A DNA stretch of 64,000 bases from an uncultured candidate division Zixibacteria bacterium (GCA_963664195.1 OY760907.1:2176001-2240000), one strand, 5' to 3'; shown: positions 40,427-49,731, numbered from the stretch's first letter. Notes: generated by a model from the letters alone, not told the origin. Numbers and translations are program-made.

Positions 40427-41040
40427 AATTCCTGCTCTTCTGTGAAGGTGAAACTGAAGAAAGAGGCTTGCCAGCATTTTTGAAACGTTATCTCGATACT
40501 CACTTGGAGCAACGAGTGGGAATGAAAGCCGTGAAGTTCCGCGGTTGGTCAGACCTATACAAAAATGCCAAGAGGAAGGCGCACTTAAGACTTAAGGAAG
40601 ATGACGTGATTGCCGTTATTTCATTGTTGGACCTATACGGGCCGACTTTCTTCCCGGGCGACGTTACTTCAGCAGGGGATCGATGTTCCTGGGCTAAGAA
40701 CCATATTGAGAAACTTGTAGATCATGCCCAGTTCTATCAGTTCTTCGCTGTTCACGAAGTTGAGGCGTGGCTGCTCAGCAATCCCAATCTGTTCCCCCCC
40801 GATGTGCGCAAAGGATTCCCTGGCAGTATCAGCAATCCAGAGACAGTGAACTTCGATGAGCCGCCGGCGAAGCTTCTTGACAGGCTTTACAAGGAGAAAA
40901 CCAGACGAGGATACAAGAAGGTCACCTATGGAAAGCAGCTCTTCAGCAAGTTGGACGTGGATGTTGCGAAGGGCAAGTGCCCTCGTTTGGCGGAGATGCT
41001 CGATCGTATGGTTGAGCTGGCCAAAGGGGCAAGTCATTGA
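40423..41040 (+). CDS. DUF4276-family (TOPRIM-like) protein
   Basis: CEGETEE, LLDLYG, HEVEAWLL, PETVN, YKKV and CPRL motifs; ATGA overlap with the ATPase gene. Confidence 0.8.
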   Translation: MKFLLFCEGETEERGLPAFLKRYLDTHLEQRVGMKAVKFRGWSDLYKNAKRKAHLRLKEDDVIAVISLLDLYGPTFFPGDVTSAGDRCSWAKNHIEKLVDHAQFYQFFAVHEVEAWLLSNPNLFPPDVRKGFPGSISNPETVNFDEPPAKLLDRLYKEKTRRGYKKVTYGKQLFSKLDVDVAKGKCPRLAEMLDRMVELAKGASH

Positions 41041-41180
41041 CGTCCTTGTGAACTCCTTGCGCGACACACGCCCCCGTGCGGCCGTGAGAAAACGCCCCTC
41101 TCAAATCCCGGAAACCATTTTCGTTGTGCGCTGTTGAACTCTGTATTATGCTGTCACGTCCGCAATGAAAGGCAAACGAA

Positions 41181-41663
41181 ATGGCAAGAGATAAAGAAAT
41201 TTCGAAAGTCCTGTCCAAGCTTGAGTACGGGATTTATATCGTCACGATGGGTGAAGGCACCAAAGGCAACGCCTTTACCGCGTCGTGGGTGACACAGGTG
41301 TCCAACGAACCGCCGACAGTCGTTGTCTCCATCAACAACAAGCACCAGTCGGCTCGCCTGCTGAAAGACCTGGATTCCTTCGCGGTCAACGTCCTTCCCG
41401 AAGGAGCCGAGGGAGTCGCACAGACCTATTTCGGTCCGGCGGAGTCCGGCTACGACAAGCTCGACGCTACTGTGTTGAAAGACGCTCCTCAGACCGGAAG
41501 TCCGATCATTCCGGGATCGGTGGGGTTTCTCGATTGTAAGATCGTCAACCGGGTGGAGTCGGGTAATCATACGGTGTACTTTGGCGAAGTTCTCGCCGCT
41601 GAACTTGAAAACGATGTCAACATCCTGACTTCTACGTCGGGGAAAATGAGGTATAGTGGCTGA
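41181..41663 (+). CDS. Flavin reductase-like FMN-binding protein
   Basis: YGIYIVT, TASWVTQVS.EPP, FAVNVL, GNHTVYFGEV. Confidence 0.9.
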   Translation: MARDKEISKVLSKLEYGIYIVTMGEGTKGNAFTASWVTQVSNEPPTVVVSINNKHQSARLLKDLDSFAVNVLPEGAEGVAQTYFGPAESGYDKLDATVLKDAPQTGSPIIPGSVGFLDCKIVNRVESGNHTVYFGEVLAAELENDVNILTSTSGKMRYSG

Positions 41664-41721
41664 GTCCGATTCCTACCGCAACATGACAGCAACAGCTTCC
41701 CTTAAGCGTGAATCTGACTTC

Positions 41722-42315
41722 ATGGTGACCTGTTTTTCAAGTTTCCTGATGATCCTGTCGGTCATCCTTCTGGCCGGTTGCACGGTCGTCGCCGACGACT
41801 GCGAGGAGACGATCACAATTGATTCCGTCGTTTATCCGGTCGGTGAGTCCTGGTGCGGGCGGCTGATCGACAGCGCCGAGATCGCCGAGCCGGCCTCGCT
41901 GGTCCAGCTTCCGGACGAACTGACGTTTGAGGACTCCCGGATTTACGTCTTACCGGAGACGAAAGAGGCTTTCGTAGCCATGGCTGAGGCGGCCAAAGAG
42001 GATTCGATCCTGCTGATTGCCGATTCGGGGTGGCGGTCGTTTTCGTTCCAGCGACGGATTATTAGGAGAAGGCTGGAGCGCGGCGATAAGATTGAAGAGA
42101 TTTTGCAGTCGGTGGCTCCTCCCGGCTATTCTGAGCATCATACCGGTCGGGCGCTGGACCTTTGCCCCAGTGAGGCCAGATTCGCGCACACCGATATCTA
42201 CAAGTGGCTCAAGGAGAACGCCGGACGATTCGGGTTTATTGAGTCGCTTCCCAAGAGCGACAGTAACCTCATACTCTGGGAATCGTGGCATATCTACTAT
42301 ATCGGGATGAATTAG
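41722..42315 (+). CDS. D-Ala-D-Ala carboxypeptidase, M15B/VanY family (lipoprotein)
   Basis: Lipobox LAGC; SGWRS, APPGYSEHHTGRALD and ESWH motifs; start uncertain (41656-41749). Confidence 0.88.
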   Translation: MVTCFSSFLMILSVILLAGCTVVADDCEETITIDSVVYPVGESWCGRLIDSAEIAEPASLVQLPDELTFEDSRIYVLPETKEAFVAMAEAAKEDSILLIADSGWRSFSFQRRIIRRRLERGDKIEEILQSVAPPGYSEHHTGRALDLCPSEARFAHTDIYKWLKENAGRFGFIESLPKSDSNLILWESWHIYYIGMN

Positions 42316-42334
42316 CACCGGGAATCATCGACAA

Positions 42335-42361
42335 TAAACCAATTCTCGCTCCTGCCGATAC
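42335..42361 (+). promoter_or_regulatory. Putative sigma28-like promoter
   Basis: TAAA-N15-GCCGATAC, 15 nt before ATG 42377. Confidence 0.55.
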
Positions 42362-42376
42362 CTCTGTACAACGATT

Positions 42377-42877
42377 ATGTTGTACAAAGTAAACTACACT
42401 GACGGTGTTCTGGAATTCGTAAAGAACAAAGGGCGGGTATTTCTTGAGGCCCCCGATCCGCAAGCGGCCTTGAAATACGCCCGCGAACTCTTTGAGTACA
42501 CCCGGAATGAACGCGTCCAGTGCCTCGGCGAGGATCAGTACCTTGTTTCATTCAAGGTAGCACTGGATTACCGCTTGCCGCTCGTGCATCAGGCGGAAAG
42601 GGCCATACCTTTGCTCCGGACGCGGGAGAAGTACGACAAGGGCCGGTATGTTGACAGATATATCGTGGCCAGCGTCTTTCGCGAAACCGGGAAACCGGAA
42701 TACCTGACCGGGATCGACGTGAAGGCCGAACTGCGCGATCTGCGCAAAGCTGCCGTCGTCTCCCGCGAAGTGCCCAATATCGTCAGCTTCATTGACATCG
42801 ATATCAGTATCTACAATTACATCGAGCTAAACGGCAAGGAAGGTTTCCACAGCAAAGTGGTCCGCAAGAGCCGGTAG
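42377..42877 (+). CDS. Hypothetical protein
   Basis: 166-aa ORF with codon usage like its neighbours; no motif recognised. Confidence 0.65.
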   Translation: MLYKVNYTDGVLEFVKNKGRVFLEAPDPQAALKYARELFEYTRNERVQCLGEDQYLVSFKVALDYRLPLVHQAERAIPLLRTREKYDKGRYVDRYIVASVFRETGKPEYLTGIDVKAELRDLRKAAVVSREVPNIVSFIDIDISIYNYIELNGKEGFHSKVVRKSR

Positions 42878-42949
42878 CTGCAACCAATCGTCGTGATCCG
42901 CCGCAATGAATTGTCCGTGATCGTCAGGGATCCGGGGACTGTCTCAAGA

Positions 42950-42977
42950 GTAGGTCGAAACCCTTGCCGTTTCGACA
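42950..42977 (+). repeat. REP-like element 6
   Basis: GTAGGTCGAAAC-CCTTGCC-GTTTCGACA. Confidence 0.8.
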
Positions 42978-43144
42978 ATTAGATGTTAGTCCCGAAGACG
43001 GAGCTGACCTGCAATGTTCTTAAGTGGTTGCGACGCCTGCGTTGCGGCATTGGTCATGTTGATACTTGTAAGCAGCCCGTGACAAGACGTCATGGACTTA
43101 TGGCTTTTGGACAGCCCCTCCACCCCTGACGATATCGAAAGAGA

Positions 43145-43172
43145 AAGCGGCAGGGGTGGAACCCCGCCGCTT
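43145..43172 (-). terminator. Intrinsic terminator of the deiminase gene
   Basis: AAGCGGCGGGGT..CCCCTGCCGCTT followed by TCTCTTT on the minus strand. Confidence 0.7.
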
Positions 43173-43199
43173 GCTTATCACTTCAACGTGTGCTGTCGA

Positions 43200-45116
43200 C
43201 TATTTCGAACAACCCGGTGTGGACAACGGGCTGAGCGAGATGAACAAATGATCAATCAGTATTGTCAGGTCGCCCATCGTACAATCACAGCTACCGTCGA
43301 GGTCCCCCGCAAAATCTGGATTTAACGGATCGAGACTGATGAACAAGTGATCAATCATCAACGTTAAGTCGCCCATCGTGACATCACCGCTCTGGTCAAG
43401 ATCACCGATGGTCCAGGTTACGAAGTCGCCTACGTCTGACAGGCTGGTCAACTCTGTGCGGTCGAATGCGGTCACCCGCCACCAGTAGTGGGCAGAAAAC
43501 GCCAGCGAGTCGGTCATTTGATAGGACGTCTCCGAAATCGAGTCGATCACCATCGGTGAAGTGAACCCGACATCGGTTGAAATTTCCAGCGTGTACCGTA
43601 GCGTATCATTGGCATCCGGGTCGGTAGATTCGGTCCATTCAAACATCGGCAGCATATCGTACTGCGGCCATCCGGCTGAGTCGACAGGGGCAAGGACAGC
43701 CGGGGCCGAGGGGGCGTGCGGTCCTCCGACTTCAAAGGAGTGCGCCCAGGGTGCACCGATGTACGGATGTGTAGTCACTCGTCCGGATTTATCGGCAGCC
43801 TGGATATAATATCGGACTGCCGATCCCGTGGCCTGCGCAGGAATGTATCCTTCGTACATGTCGGTTCCGGCTGCGGGCGAGAGCATTGCGGAGGCCCAGG
43901 CGCCGCCATCTACACTGTAGATAACCTTCAGCGAGTCGTCGATCAACGCGCTGTCGGAGCAGGCCTCGATTTTGACGGAGATATAGTAATCATTGAGGGG
44001 GTCACCCGTTTCGCCCGCCAGAGGAACATGGTGCATGTTCAACATACCGGCGTCGGGGACACCCATCGTCCGGCAATGGATAGCATCGTCATCTAAGAAC
44101 GATCCGGTGTAACCGTACACTTCGTAGCCCGGCATGGCCTCTTCATACGTCTGCAGGGCGACGGCGTCATAGCTGTCACTGAAGAGCGGGACAAACACCT
44201 TGTTGTTCAGAATGAGTGAGTTGGTGTACGCGGTCCCGTACGGGCAGTAGACCCTGACAATCGTGTACGGCTGCCCCCAAGGGGAGATTTGCTGTGACAG
44301 GAAGTCGGCGCGGGCGTCAAGTAACGCATGACTGGAACTGCTCGTCGGTACATCCTTGACAAGAATCGTGGTCGGGTTCAGGAATTTGGCCCAGCAGTCG
44401 ATGTGGTGGATGCCACCCGATTCGATATAACCCATTACTGTGTAGTCATTGCCAAGATATTCCAGCATGATCGAATCAACTTCGGCTTCGGTCTTGCCCG
44501 GGTTCTCGTTATAGACCAGAACAGTGGACATCGAAGTGCCCAGGCCGTTAGACATGTGGTTGCCACCGGTGGTGATCAGATCCATGCCGTAAACATCGAG
44601 TCCCCATGCTGCGCCGATTGCCGCCGGAATGACATCGTCGTCCGGCCGCGGACGGTTGTAGATATGGTCAACGATTGCAAGTTGATCGTCCTCAAAGATA
44701 AACCACGGTCCGTAGTCGCGAGTCCATATGGTATTGGTCGGCTCGTGAATAAACTGGATGCTGTCCATGTTAACGCCGCCTGAGGAGTAAGAACTGCGGG
44801 CGCTGGATTCCTCAGAGCTGTTGGCGCAGATGGTCGTGACCATCAGCCCCTGAGACATCTCTGCCACGAGCGACACGGGGATACCAAGCGGCCATCTGAT
44901 AATCACGCCCTGCGAGGGTTCCCATTCGGCGGGATTCCGGATTTCGCCGGAGGGGGCACGGGTTACCTTGTGATTGATGCCGATTTCATCAAGGCGTGTC
45001 AGTTCCTCGGCAGTGAAACCGATTGGCAGGAGCTCTTCTTGCGGTTGATCCGAAGCGAGAATCATGACCGAAAGCGGCACAAACAGGAACAGGAGCACTA
45101 GCGTTTTCTTCATCAT
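43200..45116 (-). CDS. Secreted agmatine/peptidylarginine deiminase family protein with Ig-like domains and C-terminal dockerin-like double repeat
   Basis: Signal peptide; PAEWE, WTRDYGP, HID and IHCRT (catalytic Cys); C-terminal GDLDxS..TMGDLT..IDHLF twice. Confidence 0.88.
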   Translation of the reverse strand: MMKKTLVLLFLFVPLSVMILASDQPQEELLPIGFTAEELTRLDEIGINHKVTRAPSGEIRNPAEWEPSQGVIIRWPLGIPVSLVAEMSQGLMVTTICANSSEESSARSSYSSGGVNMDSIQFIHEPTNTIWTRDYGPWFIFEDDQLAIVDHIYNRPRPDDDVIPAAIGAAWGLDVYGMDLITTGGNHMSNGLGTSMSTVLVYNENPGKTEAEVDSIMLEYLGNDYTVMGYIESGGIHHIDCWAKFLNPTTILVKDVPTSSSSHALLDARADFLSQQISPWGQPYTIVRVYCPYGTAYTNSLILNNKVFVPLFSDSYDAVALQTYEEAMPGYEVYGYTGSFLDDDAIHCRTMGVPDAGMLNMHHVPLAGETGDPLNDYYISVKIEACSDSALIDDSLKVIYSVDGGAWASAMLSPAAGTDMYEGYIPAQATGSAVRYYIQAADKSGRVTTHPYIGAPWAHSFEVGGPHAPSAPAVLAPVDSAGWPQYDMLPMFEWTESTDPDANDTLRYTLEISTDVGFTSPMVIDSISETSYQMTDSLAFSAHYWWRVTAFDRTELTSLSDVGDFVTWTIGDLDQSGDVTMGDLTLMIDHLFISLDPLNPDFAGDLDGSCDCTMGDLTILIDHLFISLSPLSTPGCSK

Positions 45117-45434
45117 ACCACCGTTGAAGGAGAAGATGCAGGTTTAGCCGAAAATTCGTTTCGAAGTATCCGGAGATGTAGAGCAGGTCTCAATTAGCCG
45201 AGACGAGCCGTCAACTATAATGTATCAGAAATCTCGATTTTGGCAAGGGAAAGCTGGCCTCGGGCGGTTTCGGGCGTTTGCATCGCGACGTATGGGGGAC
45301 AGGTGTGACTACCGGGCGCCACCATCAATCGATTCCAAGGACAATCGACCTTCAGTTTCGTGTTGAGTTTGAGGGTGTCTTTCTCCTACCGGACGCTTCA
45401 CTTCGTTTCGCTCTGGGCGGGGTATCGAAAGTTT

Positions 45435-45612
45435 GTAGGGAGGGTCCGCGGTCTTCGAACCCGCCCCATTTCATGTCGAACCCAGAAGTAGGGCAGGTTT
45501 GTCTTCAAACCTGCCGGAAAGATCGAACCCGAAGGATTCGATTCGGATCATCCTGTTGGAACATGTCCTCGCAAGTCTGAAGACAGCCACTCCCGGCGTA
45601 GACCTTCGCTGC
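45435..45612. repeat. REP-like mosaic 7
   Basis: GTAGGGAGGGT..GTCTTCGAACCCGCCC (45435-45466); GTAGGGCAGGTTTGTCTTCAAACCTGCC (45488-45515); reverse copy at 45570-45612. Confidence 0.8.
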
Positions 45613-45617
45613 GATAG

Positions 45618-46319
45618 CTACTCCGTCAGCCCCTTGATCCGTTCGATATCTTCCTGCGCCTGGGCGTAGTCGGCGGGACGGCCGATGTCCAGCCAGTAAC
45701 CCTCGTAAGGGTGGCTAACCACTTTTCTATTCTGGCGAAGTAATTCCAGCACCAGTTCGTCGAAACCGTATGGTTGGTCTTCAGGGACAACGTCGAGGAC
45801 CGACCGTGAGAAGACATAAATACCCATCGAAACGACGAAATGATACGACGGTTTCTCAGAAAACCCGGTGACGACGTCGTGTTCGTTGGTTTCCAGAACA
45901 CCGTAGTCGATTTTTTCTTCACGCTTGTAGGTTGCTACCGTCAGCTCGGCGCCGCTTTCGACATGGGAGTCGTAGAGCTTGCGAATGTCGATGTCGCTCA
46001 AGATATCGCCGTTGGCGACAATGAAATGCTCCGGCAGGTCGTTCAGCAGTTTGATGGGGCCGACGGTAGAGAGAGGTTTGTCCTCGATGGAATACACAAT
46101 CTCCAGGCCGTGATTGCCGCCGTTGCCGAGATTGGCACGAATCAGATGCGCAAGATGATTGACGGCCAGATGGACTTTGGTCACGCCGGCTTTTCGCAAC
46201 TGGCCGAGAAGAATCTCGATAATCGGTTTTTCGCCTACTGGTACCAGCGGCTTGGGGATTTCGGCGGTATGAGGAAGCAACCTGCTTCCTTTTCCACCGG
46301 CTAGAATGACAGCTTCCAT
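45618..46319 (-). CDS. Sugar-phosphate nucleotidyltransferase
   Basis: LAGGKGSRL, PKPLVPV, NGDIL, EKP, YWLDIGRP. Confidence 0.9.
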   Translation of the reverse strand: MEAVILAGGKGSRLLPHTAEIPKPLVPVGEKPIIEILLGQLRKAGVTKVHLAVNHLAHLIRANLGNGGNHGLEIVYSIEDKPLSTVGPIKLLNDLPEHFIVANGDILSDIDIRKLYDSHVESGAELTVATYKREEKIDYGVLETNEHDVVTGFSEKPSYHFVVSMGIYVFSRSVLDVVPEDQPYGFDELVLELLRQNRKVVSHPYEGYWLDIGRPADYAQAQEDIERIKGLTE

Positions 46320-46326
46320 ATCAGGT

Positions 46327-47325
46327 TCAGACGTTGTAGATATCGGTTTTGTAGCCAGCGAGGTTGTCAGGCTCGGCGAACCAGTCGATCGTTTTCTGCA
46401 AGCCTTCTTTGAGCGTCAGAGTCGGCTCCCAGCCGAGCAGCTTCTGTGCTTTGGAGGCATCGCAGAGAAGACGGTCGACCTCGCTTGCCTCGGGGCGAAT
46501 TCGCTGCTGATCAGTGACAATCGAAACGGACTTGTTCATCAGCTTCGCAATTGTATCCACAAGTTCGCCGATGGCGATTTCTCTGCCCGATCCAAGATTG
46601 ATCGTTTCGCCGATAACGTTGTCGGCCGTTGCGGCAGCAATGAATCCGGCCGCCGTATCAGTGACATAGGTGAAGTCGCGGGTTGGTGTCAGCGCCCCCA
46701 GTTGAATCTCTTCTTTGCCTGCCAGCAATTGCGTGATGACAGTCGGTATGATCGCCCTTGCTGACTGTCGCGGACCGAATGCATTGAAAGGCCTAACCGT
46801 AACCACCGGCAAATCAAACGACCGCTTGAAAGACATCGCCAGTTGATCGGCAGCTATCTTTGTCGCCGCGTAGGGAGACTGGGCCGATTCGGGGTGCTTT
46901 TCGTCGATAGGTACGTATTGCGCAGTCCCATATGTTTCGGAAGTTGAGGTATGCACGAATCGGTCTACACCCGCCTTCCGGGCCGCTTGGAGGACGTTGA
47001 GCGCGCCGCGGACATTGGTGTCGACATAGCTGTCGGGGGAGCGATACGAAAACGGAATCGCGATCAGCGAAGCCAGATGAAACACGACCTGCTGGCTTTC
47101 AAGAAAGCTCTCCATGAAATGCGGGTCACGAATGTCACCGGTCACGATTTCGAGACGGGGATTTGAGCGTAACGATTTGTCATCGAGCCAGCCGAAATGC
47201 CCGAGCGAGTTGTAGAGAGCCAGCGTCCGTACCTGGCAGCCCTCAGCGAGCAACGCATCACAGAGATGCGAACCGATGAACCCCTCGGCGCCGGTGACGG
47301 CTATCTTTTTGTTTTTCAGTGACAT
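46327..47325 (-). CDS. NDP-sugar 4,6-dehydratase, extended SDR (LegB-like)
   Basis: TGAEGFIG, LIAIPFSY, TSTSE, YAATK, GPRQSARAIIP. Confidence 0.88.
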   Translation of the reverse strand: MSLKNKKIAVTGAEGFIGSHLCDALLAEGCQVRTLALYNSLGHFGWLDDKSLRSNPRLEIVTGDIRDPHFMESFLESQQVVFHLASLIAIPFSYRSPDSYVDTNVRGALNVLQAARKAGVDRFVHTSTSETYGTAQYVPIDEKHPESAQSPYAATKIAADQLAMSFKRSFDLPVVTVRPFNAFGPRQSARAIIPTVITQLLAGKEEIQLGALTPTRDFTYVTDTAAGFIAAATADNVIGETINLGSGREIAIGELVDTIAKLMNKSVSIVTDQQRIRPEASEVDRLLCDASKAQKLLGWEPTLTLKEGLQKTIDWFAEPDNLAGYKTDIYNV

Positions 47326-47494
47326 ATTGGTCTTTCCGTTACTCATAAATACAACAGGTTCGGCGACTTGGCAACAGATAAGGGAGCGCGGTCGCAATGG
47401 GCAAACAGGCACTCGAGGCGGCTACAGCAAAAAAGATGCTCAAACGCAAAGATTGTTGTGGAAATCTTCATAAGTACAAGTGTATATTAGTTAT

Positions 47495-48220
47495 ATGACT
47501 GTACTGCAATCACAGGGTTTGATCAAATATTACCGCAAACGGCCGGTCGTCAACGATGTTTCTATTCGCGTAGAACCGGGCGAAGTCGTTGGGTTGCTTG
47601 GACCTAACGGGGCAGGGAAGACCACGACATTCTACATGATCATCGGCTTCGTTCGGCCTGACAAAGGCAAAGTTTTCCTCGGTGAGCGCGACATCTCGAA
47701 ACACCCGATGTATCGTCGCGCCGGTCTCGGAATCGGTTATTTGGCCCAGGAAGCGTCAGTTTTTAGGAAGATGACAGTCGAGGATAATATCGTTGCCGTG
47801 TTGCAGTTTCGCAAGATGAGCCGCAAACAGCGCAAGGCCCGACTGGAGCAACTGCTCGAGGAACTCGATATTCAGCATCTCCGCAAGAACAAGGCTTACA
47901 CGCTTTCCGGCGGCGAACGTCGGCGCGTAGAAATCACGCGGGCGCTCGTCAATGAGCCGAAATTCATCCTGCTCGACGAGCCGTTTGCAGGTATCGATCC
48001 TATTGCGGTGGAGGACATTCAGAGGATTATCTCCCGGCTCGTGGAAAGCGGCCTGGGCGTGTTGATAACCGACCATAACGTACGCGAGACGCTGTCGATT
48101 TGTAATCGAGCGTACATCATGTGCGACGGTCGAATACTGAAGTCCGGAACCTCTGAGTTTCTGGCAAATGATCCGGAAGCGCGCAAGATCTATCTCGGGG
48201 AGAAGTTCCGGCTGAATTGA
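47495..48220 (+). CDS. lptB: LPS export ABC transporter ATP-binding protein
   Basis: [44 protein letters not shown]; precedes rpoN. Confidence 0.96.
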   Translation: MTVLQSQGLIKYYRKRPVVNDVSIRVEPGEVVGLLGPNGAGKTTTFYMIIGFVRPDKGKVFLGERDISKHPMYRRAGLGIGYLAQEASVFRKMTVEDNIVAVLQFRKMSRKQRKARLEQLLEELDIQHLRKNKAYTLSGGERRRVEITRALVNEPKFILLDEPFAGIDPIAVEDIQRIISRLVESGLGVLITDHNVRETLSICNRAYIMCDGRILKSGTSEFLANDPEARKIYLGEKFRLN

Positions 48221-48271
48221 AATCGACACGAGGTGTATTGTTTAATATATGAACTTAGTTAGCGCGTTTGG

Positions 48272-48298
48272 TAAACCTGTGTTTTCCCGGTCCGATAA
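48272..48298 (+). promoter_or_regulatory. Putative sigma28-like promoter upstream of rpoN
   Basis: TAAA-N15-TCCGATAA. Confidence 0.5.
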
Positions 48299-48363
48299 CC
48301 GGATTATAGGCCCCCCTCGGGCAAAAACGTAAGGCAGATAACCATCGGGCGACAGGCGACAAT

Positions 48364-49731
48364 ATGAAACTTGGTCTTCAACTTCGACAGAAACAAATCC
48401 TGGCTCCGCAGCTGATTCAATCTCTCAGAATGGTGCAGGCGCCCCTCCTGAAGCTTGAGATGATGTTGCGTCATGAACTGGCGATAAATCCGCTTCTGGA
48501 GGAAATCGAGGAGCTCGAAGAACCTGAAGTCGAAGAAAAAGAGGACGAACAGGAAGACGTCGATTGGGATGACTACCTGTTTGACGATGATGACGGTTAC
48601 AAAGTCAGCGAACCGCGTGACCGCGAGGAGACTACTTTCGAGGGGAGCGCCGCTCAGGCCGAAAGTCTATACGACTACCTCACCGAACAGCTCAGATTCC
48701 TCAAGCTCACCGAGGCAGACCATCTCATCGGCGAGTACATAATCGGCAACATTGATCCCCACGGGTATCTTGTTATCAGCGTCGGGGAAATGGCCGCCGA
48801 GTTGAATATAGATGAAGCCCCCATCGCCCAGGTCCTGGAGATGATCCAGACGTTTGATCCGTCTGGAGTCGGCGCGAGGGATCTTCGTGAGTCGCTGATG
48901 ATTCAGCTCCGTGAGAAGAAGCTGGAGAATACACTGGCGTTCAGGATTGTCGACGAGCATATTCACGATCTCGAGAAGAAGTCAACGCTGCAGATATCCA
49001 AGATGATGGGGGTGCCGTTCGAGCGTACCCAGAAGGCGATGGAAGTCATCAAGGGGCTTTCGCCGACACCTGCTCACGGCCGGTTTGATTCGGCAGCCAT
49101 GCCGGTTGCTCCGGATCTGACGGTGGAAAAGGTCGGTGATGAGTACGAGGTTTTCCTCAATGACAAGAATGTCCCGCGTCTGCGTATTAACGCCAACTAC
49201 AAAGAATTGATTCGCCGCGGAAGTTCCACGCCCAAAGACACCAAACAGTATGTCCGGCAGAAACTTGAGCAGGCCCGATGGTTGCTCAATGCGCTGAACC
49301 AGCGACGGACCACCATGATTCGCGTCATGGAATCGATTGTCGAGCAGCAGAAGGAGTTTTTCGACAAAGGGACCGCCTTTTTGAAACCGCTGATTATGGA
49401 AGATATCGCGCAGATCGTCGGGATGAACGTTGCCACGATCAGTCGTGTCGCCAGCGGTAAGTACGTCCAGACACCCCTGGGCGTGTACGAAATCAAGCAT
49501 TTCTTCAATACGGGCATTTCAAAAGCCGACGGCGGCGATATGTCCAAGCGAGCAGTCAAACAGAGAATCCTGGAGATCGTAAAATCTGAGGACCCTTCAA
49601 AGCCCTTCTCCGATCAGGAGATTTACAAGAAGCTCAACGAGGAGGGGATCAAACTGGCTCGTCGCACGGTTACGAAGTATCGTGAGGAGATACAGATAAA
49701 GGCAGCACGCTTCAGAAAAAGCGTGGTATGA
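48364..49731 (+). CDS. rpoN: RNA polymerase sigma-54 factor
   Basis: Gln/Leu-rich region I; PSGVGARDL; RpoN box ARRTVTKYRE. Confidence 0.97.
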   Translation: MKLGLQLRQKQILAPQLIQSLRMVQAPLLKLEMMLRHELAINPLLEEIEELEEPEVEEKEDEQEDVDWDDYLFDDDDGYKVSEPRDREETTFEGSAAQAESLYDYLTEQLRFLKLTEADHLIGEYIIGNIDPHGYLVISVGEMAAELNIDEAPIAQVLEMIQTFDPSGVGARDLRESLMIQLREKKLENTLAFRIVDEHIHDLEKKSTLQISKMMGVPFERTQKAMEVIKGLSPTPAHGRFDSAAMPVAPDLTVEKVGDEYEVFLNDKNVPRLRINANYKELIRRGSSTPKDTKQYVRQKLEQARWLLNALNQRRTTMIRVMESIVEQQKEFFDKGTAFLKPLIMEDIAQIVGMNVATISRVASGKYVQTPLGVYEIKHFFNTGISKADGGDMSKRAVKQRILEIVKSEDPSKPFSDQEIYKKLNEEGIKLARRTVTKYREEIQIKAARFRKSVV

